Shown here: positions 10,013-21,691 of the stretch, one piece after another
Numbering within the stretch: position 1 is the stretch's first letter
Layout: every line of letters starts with the position of its first letter
Source: Podarcis filfolensis
Taxonomy: Eukaryota
Direction: 5' to 3' (one strand)
Length of the DNA stretch: 64,000 bases
Assembly: GCA_964270895.1 (NCBI GenBank)
Contig: OZ185440.1
Translations under genes and position numbers: made by a program
Notes under the pieces: model-generated
Database searches by the model: none
What the model was told of the DNA's origin: nothing
The model's input: the letters and a program-made list of their open reading frames with translations, nothing else

Positions 10013-13000
10013 TCATCAAGGGATCCTTTACTTCTGCAAAAGCACAGGAAGGACAGAGAGACAAATGACAGTAAGCTGGTGATGGTTCAGTGGGAAAGAC
10101 AAGCTGAAAGAAAAAGTCACCCAGAATAATTCTGTGATGGTAAGTGGAATGAAAAGAAAAGGGAAATTTGGGAAGCGATGAGGGGCATGGAGAAGTGGAC
10201 AGGAATCTGTGAGGCAGGGGAGAATTTCACATCACTCATTTGGAACTTACAGGTCAAATATTTGGCTGCAGTTTATCATTATTATTTCCACCCTGGCTGA
10301 AAACTTGGTGCATGGCTCATATATACTCTAGCTGGCTAAAATTTCATATAAATATCAAATAAGAGTCAACATTTCCTCAGCAATTCCCATTGTGCCACCC
10401 ATGGCCTCATTTTCAGAAAAGCTCCATAAACTGAACAAACTCTGGCCTTATATAAACACATGGCTCCTTCCAGACACATCACTCAGACAACCTGAATAAG
10501 CTGCTGAAATCTTTATAGTATCCTGGCTCTGCCACAGGCGTTGCTGTTTAAGCTATCCTGTGCATGTACATGTCACAGATAAAGCCAGTGCAGAACTAAC
10601 AGCTGTGCTAGGGTGAAGAAATGAGAGAGCTTGAGCCCCAGATGCAGTGATTTAGGACTGCACGGTTCAAGGTCATAAAGCCTCTGTTGATTTTCAATCG
10701 GGTCAGGACAGAGTAATGGCACATCATCCACAGTGGCCAATTCTGCACAATCTCTTCAACATGAGCACTAGGCTCTCGAATCTATGCATGCAATAAGAAA
10801 CCTTTTCACTTTCCTGAAAAAGGGAGACAGAGTTTCTCCTCTTCCAAAAAGGCTGTAATAGCTAGGGACAAGAGACTAAAGCAAAACTTTAGTAAACTAT
10901 TTCAAAATAAATCCTTTCTTTGCAAATCACCTACTATTGGAACCGCAGGAACCGCAAAGCTTATTTTCATCTTCCAATGCCCCCCTACATATTCCCCCCC
11001 AATCATAGTAGTGACCTTTCTTTGTTTAGGAAAACACCCTGTCTGACTCAGCCCACGCTCCTGTGAGAATCTTGTGGAGATATATAATTTGAGTAAAAGG
11101 AGATCGCTGATTACAGATTGCAAAGTGCTTGCATCACAATGGGCAATGTTACACAGCAGAGGAATACAAATAATAAAAAGTAAAATAAAAAAGTGCAAGT
11201 CTCTAAAATTATAAACCTGCCCAACATAACATAGAGGAAACTTTGCTGAAGAAGGAAAGACTCGTGCTCAAACAAGCCATGACTCAATCATATTCAGTAA
11301 TAAGTCAGTGGCTTGCACACTTTCCTTCTCTTGTGTGTGGCTTTTTTCTGGGGCAACTTTTCCTGACAACTTTTTTCGAATGTTAAAAGTGTGGCACTTA
11401 ATGTAATAACTTCATGGTGAGTACTGGCACCCCTTTTCCTTAAAAAAACACTGCTTGCTACTGCTAACCATGGTTTGCCCTAACATCTGAATTGGTCTGG
11501 TGCGTATCTGCCCTTCAAGCCAGAATCAGACACCAAGGTTTGAAGTGAGTTTCTGATTTTGGTTTGGAAGTCAAATGCGAACCATAGTCTGGATGTCTAA
11601 AGGCTAATAAAGGTAGGCAAGAGAGACGGAAGTTCAATGCAAGAGGGAACGAGGGACAATGAGGATGGAGGTCCTCAAGGAACTCTTGATGATTCACTGT
11701 GTCATGAGGCCTGATAACCACAATTCCGTTACGAGTAAAATGTCAGTTTGTTTCTTAAACTTTTCTGGGTCAAAAGCCAAAAGAGAAAATGCCAAGTATT
11801 TATACTGAAGCAAAATGGCCCCTCTTAAAAGTTGAAAACATTTCACTTTGTTCTGAAAGACCGAAATGTTCATTTTAATTTCTTTTTTCAACTTATTAAG
11901 GCATCATTGACATTTTGTTGAGAAGGGAGAAACATTGATGCTTTGAGTTTCAGACACAATCAAAGACAAAAAAGGGGGGCAGAGGGCAGAATATCCAATC
12001 TGACCTATTCTAATGTCCCACCTGAACTGTCTTTTTCAAAGCATGCAGTGCCTTAACCTTTGCAAATAAGTTGTTCTCTTAAAACCTGGTAATAGATTCA
12101 GAGTCATGCACTGCATCCATATACCATCAGGTACCCGCCAATCTTATCCATCAGACCTCAAAGGGAAATAATTATTATGGGAAAGGGGGAAATGTGTGAA
12201 GAAAATTCTCAGCCCAGGTAGAGAACTATCCAATGCAACTGGAATTAGATTTCACATTGGATAACAGCATTACCCATGGCTGTTATTCCTCCTACCATGT
12301 AACCTGCAAAACAATGCCTTACAGTCATTTAAAGACAGAAACTTAATTAAGGGGAATAATTATTGGGCAGGTGTCCCTCCCACTCTAGGTATAAGTGGCA
12401 AAAATAGGATTTTAAATAATTTTGGAGTTATAACCGATGTAATTAGGTGTTCAGTGAGCACTTAACAATCAAGCTATGCTTATTAAAATTACTGTTTTAA
12501 TCAGAATGTTGCCAGAGAATCTTTAATAGCACAATGGTTTGATTCCCTGGAACTCTAATTAGGCCCAGACTCCTCACCACCTGGGGAATGTAATCCTGCC
12601 TTGGTGCTATAGGTAATGAATTATTATCCCCCCCACAACCAATCCCTGTGGGACAAAAGGATTGATGCTGCTTTGTCATGACCTCACCAAACATTCCTTT
12701 GCAGACCACAGCTAGAGGTAGTGAGCGGTGGCTGCAGAAGAGTCTGAAAAAAACAAAAAAGGAATGTTGGGAAAGGCTGTTCTGAAATATTAAAGAATCT
12801 CACTCTATTGCCTCCAGGAGTGGGAAGGAATCAAAGATCAGGTGTTTACTTTAGTTTGAAGAATTGGTTTCTTTGGTCAGACTGCAAAGGTCACCCCAAG
12901 ACAAGCGATTCTGTAATGCCGTTGTCTCCTGATGTAACTAGGGAGAATCTCTGGCTGCTTTGTACTAACTCCTTTAATGCTTCTCCTCTGTGCTTCGTAT

Positions 13001-13576
13001 AGCTCTAGGCAGGGAAGTCTGTACTTTTCTTAATTCCATCTTTTAGCATTTTTGGCCTTGTGCCACTAATAGCTGCTGTTTCAAGCCAGAATTCAGCACC
13101 TCACTTTAAGCAGAAGAGCACCAAGATCATACACCTGTGGCTGAGAGCACATTTGAACATGCACTTAACATGCTAAACTGTGCAGTTATTCATATGCATG
13201 ATATTATTTTCAGTAACACATTTAGAACACACACACACACAGAGAGAGAGAGGATTCTAGCACATTAACATCCACCCTCTGCAAAGCAGTTAGGTTAGCT
13301 TCTGTATTCCCAAAATATATATGCCAATTAAATTTTGTGTGCAGTTCTGCTTTGCATGGGTTTTATTGCACTTGGCTAGTAACAACTGTTCTCAAAACGT
13401 TTTGCAACATCTTCTTCATCACCATGTCTGCACACAGTAAGCCACATGAAGGTTACTGGGAAGGAAACTGCCAACGTGATCTGGGTATAACCACACTGGA
13501 TGTATATCCTTCTTCAAGCATTAATGCCCACACAGGAGCATTCAGTGAGAGAGCTGCACTAGATGTAATTACCAGG

Positions 13577-13706
13577 TCATAGACTAATAGAATTGTAGCT
13601 TTGGAAGAGACCACAAGGATCATCAAGTCCAACCCCTTGCAATGCAGGAATCTTTTGGCCAACGTGGTTCGAACCCACAACCCTCATGCTCTGCCAACTG
13701 AGCTAT
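13577..13706 (-). mobile_element. Short tRNA-head / CR1-tail SINE
   Basis: Minus strand reads atagctcagttggcagagc (A box) ... gggttcgaacc (B box) ... ggttggacttgatgatccttgtggtctcttcc (CR1-like tail); same family as 59268-59412. Confidence 0.75.
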
Positions 13707-14405
13707 AAGGTCCGTAGGCATAGTCTCACTCCCCAATATTTGTAGGGGAGCAATCAAGATAGGAGCATTGTTGGATGGCCCTTGCCCAGGAGAAGTCCTT
13801 GAGGCACTGGGTTGATTCCAACACTGTGCATGCAGAGTTCCACTTGAACTACCTTTTATTCATTCTGCCCCTGCTCCCATCTGCTCCTGGGGGTGCACAG
13901 GGGCTGCAAGGGAGGGGGATATTCTGTTTTGCGGGTAGAAGTCTGTTGCACAAGTAGAATGGCAGCGCCGGATACAACCCAATATCAATGTGTTCATAAT
14001 TTATCTGGGCTTCAGAGCTTAATGATGGAAAAATCACCCCAGATATTTTTGGATTGGGCTTCAGTTTACTTTCATTTGGAACCCATGGAAATCATTGTGA
14101 TCGCATATCTATGCATCGTGGCCTAGTTTCTTTTGTCTTGCCCATTTATAATGCACATGTCTTCTGGTTCTGAGATTTGCATACAACTTCTGCTTTTAGG
14201 TCATCTGCATCTCCAAGCAAATAGGCTCTATATTTGCATACCACCCACCTACAGGGATCTTTAGGCATTTTATAAACAAGGGTGAAAATATTCAAAACGG
14301 GGGGTTGGGTTTGGAGCATTTTCAATAAGTCTAATGTTCTCTATGAAGCATACCTTCTGGAAACACCAACAATAAAAGGAAGTCTATCTAATCATTCAGT
14401 ATTTG

Positions 14406-14583
14406 CACTGCTTTTTTCTGGGGGGGGGGGATGCAGGGGTATGCATACCCCTAAACATTTTGTGAATATTTGTACTTTTGTCCATTAGCTGTATTTATTT
14501 TCCCCAATTTGAACTATAAAATAATGATTTTCTTGAGTCAAAATGAGAGTACCCCTAAACATTTTTTAAGAAAAAAAGCACTG
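14406..14583. mobile_element. hAT-type MITE, 178 bp
   Basis: Perfect 8-bp TSD agtatttg (14398-14405, 14584-14591); TIRs cactgcttttttct / agaaaaaaagcactg; internal repeat of tacccctaaacatttt. Confidence 0.85.
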
Positions 14584-16584
14584 AGTATTTGTACTTAGTA
14601 CCTAGCATTATATATGTATTTATGTTCACATAATAAATAAAGGGAGTGATTTTGTAAAAGAGATGTGCAATAAGTCAGTGAAGACTAAAAGAAACCAAAA
14701 ATACAACAGAAGTGTAGGAAGAATCTGTATGGTACTTTGTGTCTCAAGCAAGAATGCTGGAAGAAGAGAGTATTTTTGGCCACCATAGTTCCACTAAGGC
14801 CCAGGCTACCTACAAGAATTCTTCTCATCAACATTAACAGATTTAGAAAGTGCTCTGCTTGAAAACACATGGATTGTTTCAGAAGACAAAACAGATTCAA
14901 AATTACTGTGGCAAGAGATCAGCTGAAGTCCCCAATGAATAGTCATCAAATAAGTGTGACTGTTCTGGCATACACTAGCACAGAGGATGTAGGCGAGTAT
15001 AGGGAACTAGCAAACACCCAGCTACTAACCCAGAGATCCACATGAGAAGGATATCATGGTTAATGTTATGAAAATCAGCCAACAGATCCAGGAAACCAAC
15101 AGGGTTTCACTTCCTTTCTGGCTCTCCCAATAAAAGTCATTCATCGGGGTGACCAAGGCTGATTCTGTACCAAAATCAGGCCTGAACCAAGACTGTAATG
15201 TGTTTCCTCAAAGTGTGCTTGGAGGAAACGCATTTCCTTTCCTAAGGAAATGGTATTTGCAACTGGACATTAATTGTTGCAAACCTCCAGATCCAGTGGA
15301 GGCGTTTGAGTAGTGGTCACATACACCCCTCATTTAAAAATGAAAAAGTAATAATACCTCTTCATTGCCACACGATAGGCACAGAAACATGTGCTCTAGC
15401 CCATGTTAAGTCATCTTCATGGTGAGTTCATGCCATTTGCTTTCCAACCATTGTCCAATTTACTTCATCATCCAAAGCTTCCTGGAAATCCAGAGGGCAT
15501 TTTGTACTCTACAATGTCAGAGAAGGCACCTGGGAGGGATTCCATCAATGACCTTTCTCATCCCACCATTCCACAGTGAGACCAGAATCTCAAAAGAATC
15601 CCCAGCTCTACTCAACTCCCTCAAAACATTCAGGATACCATCAGCTTCCTTAATTCTCTGGTGATGGACTATCTTAATGCATCTTCCACCCTTACAGGAA
15701 GGCAAAGCTGCCACCACTCCAGACCTTACCAGAAAATGGTCTGACCTTGTCAACAGGCTTTTAGAGGACCACCTTCACGATGCTGCCATTACAAGACTAT
15801 GCTGAGCTGTTTTTCACCATGATAGATCATCACAACTGTGTTCCATATCACTGAACTTTCCAGAAGCTCAGTTAAAGGGAGCTGAGCTCCTCTGGCCCAT
15901 TGCCTTTAATTACAAAGGCCGATCCATTCACAAGAGACCCGCTGTTTCTAAAGTACCATATGTTAGGAAGCAGGGAATCCCTCCCCCCTGCCTGCGGCTG
16001 CCAGAAACCCCTAAGTTCAGTTGTGCTGTTAAAAAAGGATTAGGGCAGGCCATGATTAAACCGGGGAGTTTAAAATGACAAACAAGCCTCTAAATGGGAT
16101 TAGAGCCTTAATGAAAGCAGTAATGAATGAAAGAAGCACCGGAATATTACCCATAAATATCCAACAGATAGATTAGATCCCTGGATACTGCATTAGCAGA
16201 CTCTATAAAATTATTTCAATTACTCTTCATCGATAAATAACAAGGCCATATTCCATGTAGAAGCAAATTCTTCTCTGCTGCTGTTTGGAGCCATTAAAAG
16301 AGATGTGGAGTTTTTTAATCTCATGAAAAGTGAGAAAGAGGCAACACACAGAGATGTTGAGAAATGCTGCAGTATATGACAAACATGTATTAGCAGTGTA
16401 TATTTTAGAGCATATTCTTTCAGCTGCTTGGTTTCTCCTATCCTATTTCTGATAGCATTATAAGGCTCGAGAAATACAATATTTGTTTCTTTAAGAGAGT
16501 TGAAGATAGAGGCTGCATTCAGACATGCAGTTTATTGTGTTAGCTTTACTGGTTATCCCTACTTGCACAATGGAAATTCACTTC

Positions 16585-16932
16585 CAGCCTCGGCCCTGTA
16601 TACCTGAAGGAGCGTCTCCTCCCCCATCGTTGAACCTGGACACTGAGGCCCTCCTCCGAGGGTCTTCTGCTAGTTTCCTCACTGCGAGAAGTGACCAGGC
16701 AGAGAACCTGGTTCTCCGTAGTGGCACCCTTCCTGTGGAATGCCCTCCCTTCAGATGTCAAGGAAATAAACAACTCTCTGACTTTTACAAGACATCTGAA
16801 GGCAGCCCTGTTTAGGGAAGTTTTTAAGGATTGATGTTTTTATTATGTTATTAGATGTGTTATAAGCCACCCAGAGTGGCTGGGGAAACCCAGCCAGATG
16901 TGTGGGGTATTAATAATAAAATTATTATTATT
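16585..16932 (+). mobile_element. L2 LINE 3' fragment with tail
   Basis: Translates LGPVYLKERLLPHR*TWTLRPSSEGLL...FSVVAPFLWNALPSDVKEINNSLTFTRHLKAALFREVF (L2 ORF2 end, one in-frame stop), then a taagccacccagagtggctggggaaacccagccagatg...(TTA)n tail. Confidence 0.9.
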
Positions 16933-18211
16933 AAATTATTCTTCAGTGGGACTTCTTGTTTCTCTTCTCCACCCGCTCAGCTGCTTCCAATTTTGTCTGG
17001 TTGTGTGAGTGGATAGCTGCTCATTCTACGCTGGATCTCACTCCTAGCATTTATATCAGACCTGGCTAGTCCATATTATCTGCCAACCAGAGGGGCGGAT
17101 GCTGCATGTCTCTATTTCCTACCATGATTGGAGAGAGTTATTAGACCTGCCTGTGCACACAGTGTCCTCCTATGTAGCTCACCAAGCCGGGGTCAGGCAT
17201 GGAGACACACTGCAGGCTTTGAGACTCCTAGTTACACACTCCAGCATTCCTGACACAGTACTTCCTTCAGAAAAGTCCAAAAGCAGGCATCTCTATAGAA
17301 TGCCACTGAAGGAACAGAGGCACCATGAGTGAAACTGGGGAAGTGGGATGCATGTTTATGGAAAATATATATTAACTTCCCACTGTCTCTGATTTTCCCA
17401 CTCTAGCCAAATGTTCAGGAAGGCAGAAGAGTCACATGAACTATCATTCCTGCAGCTGAGGAGACAGATGACCTTTCCAATTCAGTACCTTTATAAATCT
17501 TAAGTAATGAAACTTCTTACAAAAGAAATGAGTAAGCTCAGGTTAAATAATTTTCCGCAAGAGATTTATGCTCAGCGCTTGGAGCATGCAGACAGAAGGG
17601 TGGATCATATAATAGACCTTCCACATTCTTTTTCTTAAAACTACAGTAACTCTTAAACCAATGGTTGAATGACAGGAGCCCTGGAAACAGCAACTAGTTT
17701 GCCAAATCAAGGGGGTGGGTGGGTCAAAGAAGTTAAGCTGTATCTGTCCTCCCCCACCCTTCATTATTATGACATGATTAACTCAGCCTTAACAGTAAGA
17801 ACACACTTTAATATGGCATGTTCCCCACATTCCCAAGCAGTGAGAGGTGTCTGGGGCAACAGTGTTACCTAGCTTTGGTTTCTTTTGGATGAAACCATTT
17901 TTGTCTTCGTAGAGTTTGCTTGGTTTACAAATGCAGCATAAGTAGAAGCAAACAGCTTCTACAAGACAGCAGACCTACCGCTGTACTCCACAGATCCAGA
18001 AAGAGATATTCTGCACCCCAAGGTGCTTCTCAGTTCAGCCAACACTCTGTTCTCACTTTGCCCCCATCTATTTGAAATTGATTTGCACATTTCTTTGGGG
18101 GAAAGGAGGGTCACCAAGGTTTCAGGAGACCATCTCTCAACAAGAGACATCAATTCACCATTCCAGGCTGTTAACCTAACTGAGGGACATTGGCCAGGAG
18201 TGGGAAAATAT

Positions 18212-18225
18212 GTTGCTATGGCAAC
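18212..18225. promoter_or_regulatory. RFX X-box motif
   Basis: GTTGCTATGGCAAC fits the GTTRCYATGGYAAC consensus; motif match only, no functional evidence. Confidence 0.4.
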
Positions 18226-21200
18226 AACGACATTAGCAGCATCCCATCAAGACTTGACTCTTCAAAAATCCCATTCTCCTCTTGAGGCTGGACAGCTCTC
18301 ATTCGCACAAGCTAGCTAGTCAAGTACATTTAAGTTCCTGGCTTCTCCTTTATTCTGCTGCACACAGCAGAGCAAGTACTAGTGTTTGTGGTTTAGAAGT
18401 GCCTCAGGGAACTAGGGGAAAGAACATACAAGAAGCTCCCATTAGCCTACTTAAAAATAGAAACAGCTGTCTGAGCCACAGGAGGTTTGGTCAAGGAGTT
18501 CAGCCGTGAGCCAGTCAAATAAGGTTAGTGTATTGGTCTCACACAGCACACAGTGTTATTGTTTAGATCACTCATTATTTTCTCTTATTAATAGTTTATT
18601 AGGGTTTTATTCTGAGCAAATGTTTTTCTGCTTAGAAGAGATACTAATACAACAATACTTTTTGCAAGTTTAAAGGATTCTAGATAAATAGGTTTTGCTT
18701 TCTCTTATATTTGATAAAACAACTAGAGAAAAACTAAAACTATAAAAACTTTTGAGAAATCCAATTCCTGAAAGCTTCTCAAACAGAAAAAAAATCCATG
18801 TATCTCTGTCTTGTGTTACTTGATCAACTTTCAACCTTGAACCTCAATCAAGAGAAACTGCAATATTTTGCGTGTACCAAGGAAAACTGTATGAACTAAT
18901 TCTGCCATAAGGAATGTAGGATGTCAAATAATAAATGTTTAAAGTTCAGGAATAAACATTGATCCTGAAAAGGCTCTATTGAATAGGCTCTATGAATAGA
19001 AACAATACTTGATTTTTTATAAAATAATATTATTATTTTGCTATAACTGCTAACTAGGGATTTCCTTTCCATGGGACAGAACTGGCCAAGAATAAGCATA
19101 ATAATTAGCTGTTGGCAATATGCACAAGCAAAATGTTTAGTACATTGTAAATGTTGTAAAACATGTAACATAATGAAATATGTTAAAAAGCATAAGTTAA
19201 ATTGCATTCTTATTTCTAGAGGCTGAAAAAGCCTTTGATAGGCTAGAGAGCTTTTATTTTTTGGTGAATCCTTTCAAAAATGGATTATCTACTTAATGCT
19301 TCAGCCTTGATAAACAGCTCTGTTTCCGAATCCAAATTAAACCAGGGTATAATAAAGATATATTCATTCTCTGTAATTTTGTTTGCAATAGTCATTATAT
19401 GTGTGTGTGTGAAATAATTTTGCATGTTTTAAAAACTATTACACAATATCTAATCATGTTTAATATTTAACCATTAGGAAATATCAATACTATAAAACTG
19501 AATGTACTATATTACCAAACAGTTTTATTTCAAAATATTCTAGTTAGTTTGATGTGAAGAAAATATGTTCTCTAAGTGGCAGAAATAAATAGGTTCATAA
19601 AGAATAAGAAAAATCCCATGTATTAATAGTAAAATCATCATTACTTAATAACCGCTCAATAAAATAGTTAAAACTACTAAATCTGACCATGGGAAGAAAA
19701 GAGCACATAGGGTGGCCCTGCATTCAGCAATGCTGGCTCTTAGCCTCCCGCTGCTGATAGAGTGATGGGAACTTGACTCTCTCAGCACCAACCTTCCCCT
19801 TCTGCCTGCTAGGCAGGTGGGCAGGAGGTCCTCTAGGGGAATGCAATGAGGCATTTATTAAAAACTGTTATAAAAAACATACAGCCTCTTACTTAACTCT
19901 TATGAATATTAGCAAGCATCGTAATGTGCCAGATGGAGTAAAGATTGCCCTGATGCACCCACATAACTCTTAAAGAAATCGTTCTTTTCAGTTGAATGTA
20001 TGAGATAACTACTTTAAAATGGCTCTGTGATGGCACCTTACATCTCCCCTACCTTCCTGAAATTTTATCAAAGGGTCAGGGGAAACCTACCAAATCTCAT
20101 GTAACTTTTAGCAATGCAGTGGAAGGAGGAAACGGTCTAAAACAGGGAATCTTGTGTGTGTAGCGCAAGATTCCTCTGTCCGATTCCAGTCAATTTCTCC
20201 CTCTCATAGCAGAGCCCATAATGTTCAAGCAAGTTCTGCTACCCTTTTGATAGTGATTTTGGGGAAGAATGCAGGGAATGAGGAGGGAAAGGAAATAGCA
20301 GTTTTGTTAGCTCCCTTCCACTTTCACAACATTGTATGCAACTGTTGACATTGGGCATGAGCCGTCACTATATGGTTTTAGTTGTCTCCTGAACACTTTT
20401 TAGAAAGCCTATCCAGACATACAATCTACATCTGCTTTCAAAGTTTTACTGACTTATTTTTGTGTTTTATTATCTTTGGACATTTGGGTTTTAAAAAAAG
20501 TTTTGTGGGTTTTAGCTGTGCTTTACCAATATTTTTATTGTGTGTACCATGTATGACCTTTAAGATTAAGCTGTCTAGAAATCTTTCTAAATGAATAAAA
20601 ATATAGAGTTATACCAGGCAAAAAAGCTGCATTTCTCAGGACGCTATGGGGCTTGTTTACACTGGTCAGGCATACCAAAGATCAACAGCACATTAAAATG
20701 TGGGAGATATTTGCAGCTTTGTGGCAAGTGATATTGCAACAAAATACACATTGCTAATGTGAATTATGATTATTTGAATTTGATTAAACAATCTTGATGG
20801 CTCTTTATTGGAGTATTAATCCCCCCCTCTATATATATATTATATGTTACCGGGATTAACAAAAACAGGGTTTTTAAATTTATGTTGCAAAACCTTTTTG
20901 GCTTCTCTGATAAAAATCAAATGATCGTGGAAATCAGAGCAGGAAACAGTATAATTTCATTTTTATCACAGCAGCTGATGAAAGGGGAAGCCAAAAAGTT
21001 TTGCCACATAAATAAAATATTATGCTTTGTTAATCACAATAATGTATATATTATTTTAATGAATAACTAAATTCTAGCTGGGATCCAGAGCCAGCTTGCA
21101 TGAAGTGCTGTTTGATGCTTTTATAACTATATATTAAATACGTTTTTATAAATACGATAAATTATCTGCCAAACGAAATAATGACAAATAAAACTATCAT

Positions 21201-21679
21201 GATAAAAATAGCCACTAAAAGATGCGGCACAACTGGGAGTGTCAGAAAATGTCCTATAGCCCTATAAATAAATCAGGTATGTAGCTAAGCCTCAAGAGTT
21301 TGAAAAGAGGCAATAGGTAAAATGTAAAGAAAAACTCCTTCTGTAATAACTGCCTAACTCAGCCAGTATCCAACCTAAGCTCATCCCAGTTCTCTTTTGC
21401 TGGTTTTCTTCTCTTCTGTAGACAGCAGGGGCACAGGAAGCAGTGAAGCACCGACTTCCCTCCCTTAACCTCCCCTTCAAAGCTGGATGAAAACTCAGTG
21501 CTGCAGAGAGGTTTCTCCATAGGACAATCAGCCAGGGATGAGGTTAATAGGCCTGCCCCATGTATGACCTCCCCTTTCTCACTCCGAAACCTCTAATTAC
21601 CAGCCAAGGGAAGAAAGGAAATCCTACGGAGTGGACCCACCCTGCCAAGTCGAGCTCTTCTCTCACTGATCGATTGGCA

Positions 21680-21691
21680 GCCACCTGCTGG
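21680..21691 (-). promoter_or_regulatory. CTCF-like core motif (also contains E-box CAGGTG)
   Basis: Minus strand CCAGCAGGTGGC matches the CCASYAGRKGGC core; motif match only. Confidence 0.3.

Noticed and set aside
10280-10340. aaaacttgg/aaaatttca motifs (also near 22270 and 47720) suggesting an ancient amniote repeat
   Set aside because: Only short AT-rich words are shared; the copies cannot be aligned to each other by eye.
13088-13105. ttcagcacc REST/NRSE half-sites (also near 19782 and 40602)
   Set aside because: The second half-site (ggacag) is absent at canonical spacing.
13660-13706. tRNA-like A/B boxes here and at 59340-59412 and 38249-38310
   Set aside because: SINE heads followed by LINE-derived or CORE tails; no complete cloverleaf, so not tRNA genes.
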